The position numbers and the translations under genes were made by a program. The notes under the pieces are model-generated. The model had not been told where the DNA came from and did no database searches. It saw only the letters and a program-made list of their open reading frames with translations. Positions 51,588-64,000 of a DNA stretch of 64,000 nucleotides are shown here, piece after piece. The number at the start of each line of letters is the position of its first letter. Position 1 is the first letter of the stretch. The DNA is taken from positions 4,030,001-4,094,000 of the forward strand of contig NW_025963780.1 in NCBI RefSeq assembly GCF_023055435.1, read 5' to 3'. The DNA comes from Haliotis rufescens (Eukaryota).

Positions 51588-51931
51588 CCAAACTGTAAAT
51601 TCAACCTAATTACCGCCTTCACCACCAACACTGTCGCAAATTAGGCCCACACCAGTCCTAGATATTCGGGAAAACCAAGACTTAGGAACATTATAGGACC
51701 TAGTGCGAATAGGTCCCAAGTAACTCATGCTATTCGTAACAGTCGACTAAATTGGGGATCGGGTGGTCAGGCGCTGTGACCTGACCGAATGTGTTTCACC
51801 GCCAGGTAAATCGTACCAAGGGAGTTAACTCTTGTAACCTTAGGTAAATTGAACCAAGGGAGATTTAACCATAATCGACTCTTGGGGACCCTCTATCCCA
51901 CTGCCGAATATAGCTACCCGAAAGTCCCAAC

Positions 51932-52205
51932 GATCGCCTCCGTGGTCCCGTTGTAGAGCGTCCGCCCGGAGAGCGGAAGGTTAGGAGTTCGATCCCCGCC
52001 CGCGTCATACCAATTGACGTTAAAAGATGATACGTGTTGTTCCCTGCCTGGTGCTCGACATTAAGGGGCTAAAACAAGGACTGGTCGGCTGGGAGTAGGT
52101 ATTCTGTGTCTGAGAGGGTTATTCATGTTAAAATGCGGCATTGTATCTCAGTGAGCTGGCACTATAAATTAGTCCGGACTAGTACAAGCTACCACACGCA
52201 AACCC

Positions 52206-52236
<31 letters not shown>

Positions 52237-52890
52237 ACATGTGCATGCACGTCGCTATATAAGTGCAATAATCCTTGACGCGACGTTAAACCACATTTCT
52301 CCTCACCCCACATTGTTAAACTGGGGCATGGTATCTCAGTGGACAAGTGCTTCCATACCTGACAAGTATACAAGCTGCCACACACATAATTGCGTGCACG
52401 TTTGCTATATGAATAAAATATTCTTGAACCCCACTTCTTTTTACGTTAAACTGCGGCTTGGTATTTAGTGGACTAGAACTAGCATAACTGGCTAGTACAA
52501 GCAGCCACACACATCAGCATGCACGGCGTTATATAAGCGCGATAATCTTGACAGCGACGTAACCCCATTCACCTCACCTCACCTCACCTCACCTCACCTC
52601 ACCTCACCTCACCTCACATGTAAAACTGCGGCATGGTTGCTCCGGGGACCAGTACTAGCATAACTGACTAGTACAAGCAACCACACACACGTGCATGTAC
52701 GTCGTTATATAAGTGCGATAATATTGAAAGCCACGTTATACCCCATCACCGCACACCCTTGAACTGCGGCATGGTATCTCAGGGGACAAGAAGTGGCTGG
52801 TACAAAGAGCCACACAAACAAGACCGAGCACGTCGGTATATGAATAAAAGCAGTCTTTAACGCGACGTTAAACCCCATTTCACCTCACCC
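51932..52890 (+). mobile_element. SINE family D followed by four diverged tandem copies of its 3' half
   Basis: Full copy 51932-52310, then units starting aaactgcggcatggtatctcag-like at about 52316, 52445, 52620 and 52760. Confidence 0.8.
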
Positions 52891-53264
52891 TATGATGCGA
52901 TGGATGTGGTGATGCAAATCTTCATCCACACAAGCAAACGTGGACCAGTACAGATCACAATGTATTTCTTCTAATTTCATACATCTTTAACTAAATAATT
53001 ATTATGAGCAAATAAACCTTATCACATGTTTCCTATCCAACCATATCGAAGGGCCTGTAGTTTGCATGTGTCTTATTTATAACGAAAAGGAGCTTCTATT
53101 ATGCGTTATTTGTGATCAATTCGTCCAATCCGACAAGCCGACCTAGGGCCCTGTTCCACAAAGCGATCTTAGTGCTAAGACTGCCGTAAGTCTATGGTAA
53201 ATTATGGGAGTTATGGTCGTCTTAGCGCTACGATCGCTTTGTGGAACGGGGTCCTATAAGTTAC

Positions 53265-53535
53265 GGTTGGTTGGTTGGTTGGTTGTTTAACGCCGCACTC
53301 AGCAATAGTCCAGCTATATGACGGCGGTCTGTAAATAATCGAGTCTGGACCAGACAATCCAGTGATTAATTTCATGAGCATCGATCCACGCAATTGGGAT
53401 CGATGACATGCATCAACCAAGTCAGCGAGCCTGACCACCCGATCCCGTTAGTCGCCTTTTACGACAAGCATAGTCACCTTTTACGGCAAGCATGGGTTGC
53501 TGAAGACCTATTCTACCCCGGAATCTTCACGGGTC
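53265..53535 (-). mobile_element. SINE-like family B
   Basis: Young reverse copy with (GGTT)n tail, nearly identical to 54205-54483. Confidence 0.88.
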
Positions 53536-53845
53536 CGGAAAGATACGAGTGGTGACGAAGGATCAGTGAAAGGGAGGTAACTTTTGCAGCCTTAAGAAAA
53601 TTCGCATATAAAGTGATTTGTTAACAGCTGAACTATACGGCTTTAAAGGTCTTCGTTGTTATATAATAATTTCTTCACTAATACAATATCCTCTATTAAC
53701 ATCTTTAAGCGCCATTTAACATTACTTACACAATTTCCACGTTTGTAATCTCAGTCAAATTTCATGATTGATGTGGTGCCTTCAAAGTAGCTATAAATTA
53801 TATGTAGTGAAGTAGTAGATTGACATTAAGACATGCCCCACAATA

Positions 53846-53998
53846 GAGTGAGTGAGTATGGTTTTTACGCCGCGTTAAGCAATATTTCAGCAGGGGACAC
53901 CAGAAATGGGCTTCACACATTGTACCCATGTCGGGAATCGAACCGGGTCTTCGGCGTGAAGAGCGAACGCTTAACCACTAGGCTACCCGACCGCCCCC
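53846..53998 (-). mobile_element. SINE family A
   Basis: Reverse copy with flanking direct repeat ccccacaata. Confidence 0.85.
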
Positions 53999-54204
53999 AC
54001 AATAAAGTATCATGTAAGTGAAAAATTACACAGTTAAGGCAATGATACATAGGAAAACTATAATAATACGAAAATGTAAGGCATAATAGAATATGAATTC
54101 GTACAACGTTTGAAAACGATAGAAATCCCTATTCCTTGACTCCACTTCAGACAACAATAATTGTATCCCTAATCTGCTATAACCTGAATGGCTCCTTAAA
54201 ACTT

Positions 54205-54483
54205 GACCCGTAAAGATTCCGGGGTAGAATAGGTCTTCAGCAACCCATGCTTGCCGTAAAAGGTGACTATGCTTGTCGTAAAAGGCGACCAACGGGATCG
54301 GGTGGTCAGGCTCGCTGACTTGGTTGATGCATGTCATCGATTCCAATTGCGTGGATCGATGCTCACGATATTAATCACTGGATTGTCTGGTCCAGACTCG
54401 ATTATTTACAGACCGCCGTCATATAGCTGGAATATTGCTGAGTGCGGCGTTAAACAACCAACCAACCAACCAACCAACCAACC
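54205..54483 (+). mobile_element. SINE-like family B (about 240-280 bp, no tRNA head, (CAAA/CCAA)n tail), intact representative
   Basis: Starts (g)acccgt.aagat.ccggggtagaataggtcttcagcaaccc and ends ...atatagctggaatattgctgagtgcggcgttaaacaaccaacc; TSD ccttaaaactt. About 20 copies in the window, e.g. 549-775(-), 1399-1657(+), 9613-9830(+), 23959-24237(+), 47025-47290(-), 54822-55052(-). Confidence 0.9.
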
Positions 54484-54627
54484 TTAAAACTTATACCCAA
54501 TGAGATTGAACTTATACCTGGTTGGTGCATGAATATTTTATGTATCATCAATCAACTTGTTGAAAGTGAAAGAAGCACTGGTAAAATGTTGACGATGGCC
54601 GAGCGACTGGGACGGACCATCATAATG

Positions 54628-54800
54628 CAGAGGCGGATACAGCTTTTTTGAAAAGGGGGGGTGCACAATTAAGATCTATTTATTGTCTTTGGTGGTAATT
54701 TATACAGATATAAAGATTTTTTTCCAAATAAAAATGGGGGGGGGGGGGTGTAGCGCACCCCCGCACCCCACCCCACCCCACCCCTCTGTATCCGCCCATG
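54628..54800. mobile_element. Short TIR element (MITE) with G/C tracts
   Basis: TIRs cagaggcggatacag / ctgtatccgcccatg; flanked by the direct repeat taatg. Confidence 0.7.
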
Positions 54801-55974
54801 TAATGTGTTAGATTGTTTTAATGTTTGTTGTTAAGCGCCGCACTCAGCAATATTCCATCTGTATGGCGGCGGTCTGTAAGTAATCGGGTCTTGACCAGAC
54901 AATCCAGTGATTGACATCATGAGCATCGATCCACGTACTTGGGATACGATGACACGCAATCAACCAAGTCACTGAGCCTGTCAACAGATTCCTCCGATCT
55001 CAGGACTAGCATAGTTTGCTGCGGGACAGTTCCAACCAGGGATCTCCACCCGGAGTGTAATGCTTTAGGCCGGTGCACCGTCAGAGAAACACAGAACAAC
55101 ACTCCAATCCACACTAAACTGCAACAATCAAATGACACTAGCAACGGTACTAAACCCCCTAAATGACTTACAGACCTTTAAAGCACCAGGCATATATCTA
55201 ATCAAAACAGGCCTACTCGGCCGCATCTAACAAAGTACAACAAACAAGCTGCTAATAAACCCTAAAATTCTAAACCTATAAACACAAACTCGATTTAAAA
55301 TTTGTTCTCCAAATTAAGTAAGCGACTCTAAAAGCAAGTAAAAGTAAGTAAGTAAGTAAGTAAGTAAGCACCGTCAGTACACGTCATGTGCTTGTGTACC
55401 CAACGTTACACCGTGTCTGGTCGTCATGTAACAAATTTGAATTTATTTTAATTATTTTAATAACTTTGAAAGTTCTGCCAGCGGACTGATGGTCCCGCTC
55501 CCGTAAGAAAGATACGAATTCGTCCATTTGACTTGGGATGTAGACAGGTAGCGCGCGACGTCCTTATAAAATATAAGCTTACTACCAAACTCCCCCTTTC
55601 TCTCATTGTCTCCATATATAGCTCAGACCATTGTCTGTGGTCATCACACATGTATACCCATGTTAAACAACCCTGCGACATCGCACACAAGGAGATCTTG
55701 CGAGTGGCTATCTTAGTGCAAAGTTACCAAATATTACGACATTACGTCGACTGTGTTGGTATAGGGGTCCTTGGTCTGTGCGGTTATCAGATACCACTCA
55801 AGATGATGTAACCACATCGATACGTTTTGCGTGGGAACAGTACACTCTTGAACGATGATGTTCACTGTGGATTAATTTATAAGGGGCAATTATTAATACA
55901 TACGGTATTAGCTTCCTCTCGATAAATGCCATCCTAGGAAGGTTTCATAGGAAACCATATCGAAGGTCGGGTGT

Positions 55975-58855
55975 GGTCGGGTGAGGCGGGTGGGTCGGGT
56001 GGGTGTAGATTGTATGGAGGCGGGGTGGGGTGGCTGTAGATTGTATGGAGGTGGGGTGGGGTGAATGTAGATTGCATGGAGGCGCGGTGGGGTGGGTGTA
56101 GATTGTATGGAGGTGGGGTGGGGTGAATGTAGATTGTATGGAGGTGGGGTGGGGTGGATGTAGATTGTATGGAGGTGGAATGGGGTGAATGGAGATTGTA
56201 TGGAGGTGGGGTGGGTTGGATGGAGATTGAATGGAGGTGGAATGGGGTGGATGGAGATTATCCGGAGGGAAGGTGCATGGGTGGATGGAGATTATCCGGA
56301 GGGAAGGTGCAAGGGTGGATGGAGATTGTACGGAGGGAAGGTGCATGGGTGGATGGAGATTATCCGGAGGGAAGATGCATGGGTGGATGGAGATTGTACG
56401 GAGGGAAGGTGCAAGGGTGGATGGAGATTGTACGGAGGGAAGATGCATGGGTGGATGGAGATTGTACGGAGGGAAGGTGCATGGGTGGATGGAGATTATC
56501 CGGAGGGAAGGTGCATGGGTGGATGGAGATTGTACGGAGGGAAGGTGCAAGAGTGGATGGAGATTATCCGGAGGGAAGGTGCAAGGGTGGATGGAGATTA
56601 TCCGGAGGGAAGGTGCAAGGGTGGATGGAGATTATCCGGAGGGAAGGTGCATGGGTGGATGGAGATTGTACGGAGGGAAGGTGCATGGGTGGATGGAGAT
56701 TATCCGGAGGGAAGGTGCATGGGTGGATGGAGATTGTACGGAGGGAAGATGCATGGATGGATGGAGATTATCCGGAGGGAAGGTGCATGGGTGGATGGAG
56801 ATTGTATGGAGGTGGGGTGGGTTGGATGGAGGTGGAATGGGGTGGATGGAGATTATCCGGAGGGAAGGTGCGTGTGTGGATGGAGATTATTCACAGGGAA
56901 GGTGCAAGGGTTGATGGAGATTGTACGGAGGGAAGGTCCATGGGTGGATGGAGATTATCCGGAGGGAAGGTGCATGGGTGGATGGAGATTGTATGGAGGT
57001 GGGGTGGGTTGGATGGAGGTGGAATGGGGTGGATGGAGATTATCCGGAGGGAAGGTGCGTGTGTGGATGGAGATTATTCACAGGGAAGGTGCAAGGGTTG
57101 ATGGAGATTGTACGGAGGGAAGGTGCATGGGTGGATGGAGATTATCCGGAGGGAAGGTGCATGGGTGGATGGAGATTATCCGGAAGGAAGGTGCATGGGT
57201 GGATGGAGATTATCCGGAGGGAAGGTGCATGGGTGGATGGAGATTGTACGGAGGGAAGGTGCATGGATGGATGGAGATTATCCGGAGGGAAGGTGCAAGG
57301 GTGGATGGAGATTATCCGGAGGGAAGGTGCAAGGGTGGATGGAGATTGTACGGAGGGAAGGTGCAAGGGTGGATGGAGATTGTACGGAGGGAAGGTGCAT
57401 GGGTGGATGGAGATTGTATGGAGGGAAGGTGCATGGGTGGATGGAGATTATCCGGAGGGAAGGTGCATGGGTGGATGGAGATTGTATGTAGGGAAGGTGC
57501 ATGGGTGGATGGAGATTATCCGGAGGGAAGGTGCAAGGGTGGATGGAGATTATCCGGAGGGAAGGTGCATGGGTGGATGGAGATTGTACGGAGGGAAGGT
57601 GCATGGGTGGATGGAGATTATCCGGAGGGAAGGTGCAAGGGTGGATGGAGATTGTACGGAGGGAAGGTGCATGGATGGATGGAGATTATCCGGAGGGAAG
57701 GTGCATGAGTGGATGGAGATTATCCGGAGGGAAGGTGCAAGGGTGGATGGAGATTGTACGGAGGGAAGGTGCATGGATGGATGGAGATTATCCGGAGGGA
57801 AGGTGCAAGGGTGGATGGAGATTATCCGGAGGGAAGGTGCAAGGGTGGATGGAGATTGTACGGGGGGAAGGTGCATGGATGGATGGAGATTATCCGGAGG
57901 GAAGTTGTATGTCTGGATGGAGATTGTATGGAGGGAAGGTGCATGGATGGATGGAGATTATCCGGAGGGAAGGTGCATGGGTGGATGGAGATTATCCGGA
58001 GGGAAGGTGCAAGGGTGGATGGAGATTGTACGGAGGGAAGGTGCATGGATGGATGGAGATTATCCGGAGGGAAGGTGCATGGATGGATGGAGATTATCCG
58101 GAGGGAAATTGTATGTCTGGATGGAAATTGTACGGAGGGAAGGTGCATGGATGGATGGAGATTATCCGGAGGGAAGGTGCATGGGTGGATGGAGATTGTA
58201 TGGAGGGAAGGTGCATGGATGGATAGAGATTATCCGGAGGGAAGGTGCATGGGTGGATGGAGATTATACGGAGGGAAGGTGCATGGATGGATGGAGATTA
58301 TCCGGAGGGAAGGTGCATGGGTGGATGGAGATTGTACGGAGGGAAGGTGCATGGATGGATGGAGATTATCCGGAGGGAAGGTGCATGGGTGGATGGAGAT
58401 TATCCGGAGGGAAGGTGCAAGGGTGGATGGAGATTGTACGGAGGGAAGGTGCAAGGGTGGATGGAGATTGTACGGAGGGAAGGTGCAAGGGTGGATGGAG
58501 ATTGTACGGAGGGAAGGTGCAAGGGTGGATGGAGATTATCCGGAGGGAAGGTGCAAGGGTGGATGGAGATTGTACGGAGGGAAGGTGCATGGATGGATGG
58601 AGATTATCCGGAGGGAAGGTGCAAGGGTGGATGGAGATTATCCGGAGGGAAGGTGCATGGGTGGATGGAGATTATCCGGAGGGAAGGTGCATGGGTGGAT
58701 GGAGATTATCCGGAGGGAAGGTGCATGGGTGGATGGAGATTATCCGGAGGGAAGGTGCAAGGGTGGATGGAGATTATCCGGAGGGAAGGTGCATGGGTGG
58801 ATGGAGATTATCCGGAGGGAAGTTGTATGTCTGGATTGAGATTGTATGGAGGGAG
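55975..58855. repeat. G-rich minisatellite: about 29-bp units grading into about 76 copies of a 34-bp unit
   Basis: Units gtagattgtatggaggtggggtggggtgaat, then ggatggagattatccggagggaaggtgcatgggt. Confidence 0.97.
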
Positions 58856-60893
58856 AAATGTAACAGGGTCAATTTGACTTTCATAACGGTCTAACGTTGG
58901 TTAAGTTGAAAGTCAGTCCTCCAGTACATGTGTGAAGGACATGTGTGTCCACAGACGACGGGGAGTATCAGAGCTACGTATGAAAAAATATATTAACGTG
59001 TAGTTTGAAAACTACCATCACCGTAATGACTACACAATTCACTATCAAAACATATGTTCTGGGATCAAAAATATTACTCGGAACAGCTCTTGCTTATTTC
59101 GAGAAAACCAGTGCATCTGTATGTGCATGCAGATTTGTTCGGCTATTTCCGTAATTCAGAACAAGAAATTGTCAGTGTCTGGTTGCGAACGTTTCACCAC
59201 AGCTTTACAAGCTAATGCAATGTGTGCATGTACGTATTTAACCAGCGTGTTGGGCATACCCTTGTAATTTAACGCTGAAAATAAATACATATCATGAACA
59301 CTATACGTGTGTGTTACGTTTCACACAAATAAATAGTGAGTGAGTGAGTGAGTGAGTGACACAACCAAGCTCCCTCCCTAAATCAATGAATAAAGTAAAT
59401 AAACAATGTCAACAAACAAACAACATAAAACCTGGAAGTCAACATTCTTTTTGACTTGTTTCTGTATAATGTTTTGGGGCCAGATTATTTCCGGCAACAA
59501 TATTCCGGTTAAACATATCATATCACACGACCCAACGAACAAAAAGTGGAACTCTCCATTCAACACCTAACCTCCTAAACTGCATGCGTCTTCTTTCCAC
59601 CTTAACGAGAATTTGCGCCGGGTGGGGTTGGCAATGATGTGATATATATTTCACTTTTCCATGGCTAAAAACTCCGTGTGAACATTATCAAAACGCAAAC
59701 ACGTCACGCCCTCGGCATAATGTCTGTTCGATGCATTGTGCTTCGTAAACATGAGATATTGAAAACAAAATAAGAATCGGTAAACAATACAAAACGTACA
59801 CAAACACTGTGATTTTTAGTCGCCTATTGTGGATGCAGTATTCGATGGCTAAGGTAAATTAACTTTACAGTCTTAGCTAGACTAATATCTAGTCTCTGAA
59901 ATGAAAATATTTTACAGAAAAAAAGAAGAAGTTTTTTTCAGCTATCTTAATAAAAATAGTATACACATGAGCCTAAAAACTCTTATTTTTCAGAAAATTG
60001 CAGTAATCTAGACTTGCAAAGTATATAGACTTACTTGGGCTCTATTTGATATATTTGTTTCAGGGTCTGTATGACAGACTAAGTCCCATCAAAATGTTCA
60101 TTATCGTTAAGTGTTGTCATATTTCAACTTTTTTTTGTTTTTTCAATGCGATATATAGGTACAGGTTCTGGTACTGTTATCAAGCATGTGTTATCACTGC
60201 GCAGCGGCTTGCTGTGAAGCAAAACAAAAGGTCCCTGTCCCGCCATCAATAAATAAACAGGCTGGGGTCTCTTGGTGATATGCTTGATTAATCTTAAATC
60301 AGTTGTTGTCGAAGGATTATCAGAGGATTCCCCAACATCTCATGTTTGTTAGAAATCGCGATTCAAATGAAGATAACCGTTTAATAGCACGTGTCAAGTC
60401 CCTGAACCGTGGCAGCCTTTATTTCGGGCCAGTCAATTGTTTCCTGTCTTTGAAGTTTAATTTTGCGGATTAAAAATATATTACAAAGTTCTGGTAAGTT
60501 TCAAAGTATTTTCAACTCTTCGGACTATAAAATTGGGTTCGAGACAACCGGGAATTCGATACACCAAGTTCGACACATGCGGGTTAAAATAGTGACAACT
60601 ATAGTAGACGGTTCCCAGTCTAAATCTACACATTATTATAAGTGTCAGTCTTGTATGAGACCCTGTCTATGCGTAATGTGGGTAATTATTAACCGTTAGA
60701 TGGATATAGTCATCATAAAAATTCGGAGTTCAATAAGATTCATCTTTTACCGACTTGAATCAAACTTGCTGCTATTGCCATTTGCCCTGGCCTTGTTACT
60801 TTAAACAGAACCTTAAAAATATTACTTATTCAATAAATGTTATAGCTTTGAAAGTCCAAAAACGAAACTAGGTATATATTTGGCGATATACAT

Positions 60894-61053
60894 GAGTGAG
60901 TGAGGTTTTACGCCGCTTTCAGCAACATTCCAGCAATATCAGGGTGGGGGGCACCAGAAATTGTCTTCATACATTGTACCCATGTGGAGAATCGAACCCG
61001 GGTCTTCGGCGTGACGAGCGAACGCTTTAACCACTAGGCTACCCCACCGCCCC
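60894..61053 (-). mobile_element. SINE family A
   Basis: Reverse copy with near-perfect flanking repeat ggcg(a/c)tatacatg. Confidence 0.85.
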
Positions 61054-62806
61054 GGCGCTATACATGTATTCGAAACGTATGGGTAGTACTCTTAGATCTT
61101 CAGCCACTTTGATTATTTAGACTGGTTTAACCCTCACAGGCCCCAACTACTAAATATTAAAAACATCAATGGCTTCACAAGACTCCACAACAAAGGGTAC
61201 TTTTCAATTATATACTATATGAAAAAAAATGTATTAAGACTCTTGTCCCGAAACTACTTTTTAACGTCATTTGAGATTAAAAAGTACAATTATTTTTGGA
61301 TAGAAATTCAGATAACAATGTACAGACCCGGTACAAACACTCCAGTTCCAACGATGGGCGTGTTCTTTAAGTAAGTAATTTAATTACAAAGATTATCGTC
61401 TATTATTCCGAGATATAACAAGATACCACAATCTACAGCTTCACGAGCATTTCCGATTGTATTTTACGGTTCCCGAGAACACTTGAGTGGTTTCCTTTCT
61501 GCATTAAGTTCAAGAGAAGCCCATTCTCGACTTCCGTTACTCTTCAATTGACAAAATCAGTTTCACACGCAACGATTCCCATGTGTGTAGAGCGTATTGT
61601 TGTATATAACAAATAAAAGGTGGAGTTAATGCTCCCATCATGCCGGTTCTGGCAACGTTTCGATAAAATAATATAACAAGTCTACGGATTGACCTAACTG
61701 TTTGTAAAGATGTTTACCCAATTAACTTAAATAGTGAGTTATTTATTTTCAATACTGCATTGCTATATTACAAAATTAAATCCATAGGGACTTAATTTTT
61801 TCGAAAAATAACTTTTATTGAAGAATCATATATTAAGGAGAATTTAATCTAGCATCTATCTTTACTAAAAGAAGACACATACGTTGATTTTGGTAATTTT
61901 GGTAAAGATTTTATAAAAATGGCTAAAATATGTTCATATATAGCAGACCATTAAATAGATCTATGTATGGTCTCTGTATATAGTTAGTCAAACAATATGA
62001 TGTTTAGCCGAACTTAAAACACCTCTGAAAGCACGTACTTGTTGATTATTGAGCGTAAAGTGTTCAACATTGAACAAATACTTTGTAGCTTTAAAACAAG
62101 CGTCTTCAATGGCAGATGTATTCAGCCTTAGTCATCTATAGATAGTGGTTCTTTTAAATATTCTTCCTCTCTGTTTACAATTGTAACAATTGTTTACCAC
62201 GCACAGTGACCGCAAAGTGTTATGAAACTGTGAATCATCCATACCTCTGATCCACTTGAATGACCCCGCATCTATACCTGGCCGAGTTTCAAAACGAGGC
62301 TCAGGTAAAATGTAATCAAGGCCTATAGAGGAAGTCGCTAGCAATGGGTCATGAAAACACGAAGATTGACACGAAATTGGGGGTGATGTAGGGCACTAAG
62401 GGCCTCAATTACGGGATGATCGTGTAATAACAACACCTGTTCTTAATCGACCTCCAACCAGGCGCCGTATAACGAGGATACGGGGGTAAATTCATTCAGA
62501 GAACAAAGTGAAAAGGAAGACTGTCAATTCGAGTGGATTCGTCTCCTCTGCATGGGAAATTCTTGATGATTGCAGACTAATTATCGATGTGGGAATGAGG
62601 AAGAGCTTCGACTTAGGACCATTACTACAACGGGCCGTGGAGTATGGGGCCATGTGATCCTCACAGAGTGAGAGACGGAGTATCAACTTACAAGCGAACG
62701 CTCGGATGAGGTGTTATGAGGAAGAGAGCGACCTGTGGCCGATTCAGAGGACGGCAGTTTAATTTTAAGTTTTCGTGTATTCTTGATATTGTACTGGATT
62801 ATTTAA

Positions 62807-63022
<216 letters not shown>

Positions 63023-64000
63023 TGAAATTTTAATTTTTGAGATGTACCGACACTTTCTGTTCAATTTCAGACAACCAACAACTTTATTTCAGTGTATTTT
63101 TAAAGACAGATGGTCGGGTGACGCCATTTTGGACGGTCACAAAATTTGTTTGTGTTCCGAGGAAGTTGTTGGGTCACTTTTTCAGCGATTATTTAATTTC
63201 TATGAGTATGTGGCTGGGTTGAAACATGTTTTCCATGATTCAATGAATATGTTTTCGTAATGCACCATAGTATATTGCGTAATCTCGTCCCAGGTGCGTT
63301 TTATTTGATTTGAAAGTTTGCGATCCCTTGTCATTAAACTAATCAAGGGAGGCCACTCTGTTGTCGTATCTGTCAACCTCAGGTGGGTGTGGCAATGTGC
63401 CAAGACTCACCTGTTTGTTGATGCTTCGTGGAATAGCTTCAACATATTGCATTTATACTTAAACTATGTTTACTTAATTGAATTGCATTGTTTCATATGC
63501 ATGAAATACATCTAAGCTTTATTGCAATATTTATTTCTGTAATTGAAATCCTATATATTTGTACCCTGGCTTTTTAGCTAGTTGGTCATGTCTGCAAGAC
63601 CAAAATCCATGGTATTTTGTGTTACTATGGTTTCTATAAATCGTACATGTGTCAAACAGTAAGCATAATTTTTATGCATTACCGTGTTCGCTGTTGACAT
63701 TCAACAGTAAAGTATATCCAGTAACAAGCAGGCAACTTAGTTGTCATGTCATATGAGAAATAAAGACTAGGTCTAAAGGTCCTTTAGGACATATTCTAAT
63801 TAAATTGCTGAAAGTCTAACTTAACTAATTAGACATTGTTAGTTCTTGTTTATTTAATGATATATTAGATTGTAGATATATATCTGAAATATTGCCAATG
63901 TAAAGTTAAATTTCATCTCACTCACTAGTATATATTAGGAGTGCTTCTTCAGTTTGCCTTAGAGAATGTATAATCACAATATAGATCAGCACTGGAAATT

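Noticed and set aside
55945-58894. ORFs up to 657 aa (GGWRLSGGKVHGWMEIIRREGAW...)
   Set aside because: The stop-free 34-bp repeat is open in all three plus frames; an artefact.
62132-62344. 70-aa minus-strand ORF upstream of Par-3 as a possible divergent gene
   Set aside because: No ATG start, recognisable domain or clear splice signals; more likely promoter-region sequence.

Overview
AT-rich, repeat-dense eukaryotic genomic DNA from an invertebrate, most likely a gastropod mollusc such as abalone (inferred from the SINE families and gene content, not verified). Four protein-coding loci are supported. (1) A single-coding-exon 453-aa P-loop sulfotransferase-like ORF (17358-18719, +). (2) A four-exon secreted dermatopontin / hemagglutinin-amebocyte aggregation factor (HAAF)-like gene, 185 aa (27410-23464, -). 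(3) A four-exon 509-aa predicted type I membrane protein with signal peptide, farnesoic acid O-methyltransferase-like domain, Tyr/Pro-rich and Ser/Met-rich tandem repeats and a C-terminal TM helix (45162-30513, -). (4) The first coding exon of Par-3/PARD3 (62891-63010, +), which the ORF track misses. The rest is dominated by four SINE-like families that share a related 3' tail, several MITEs, a three-layer nested transposon cluster, decayed LINE fragments and large minisatellites (18, 29/31, 30, 32, 34, 65 and 83 bp units). Most long ORFs in the track are artefacts of these repeats. The most unusual observations are an intronic 18-bp minisatellite made of about 47 copies of the exon-1 splice donor of the dermatopontin-like gene, a SINE-like family with no tRNA head but a fixed, highly structured 5' end, and the adhesive-like KPVYYPTSS repeats in the membrane protein. 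Exon boundaries were read by hand; repeat boundaries are approximate.
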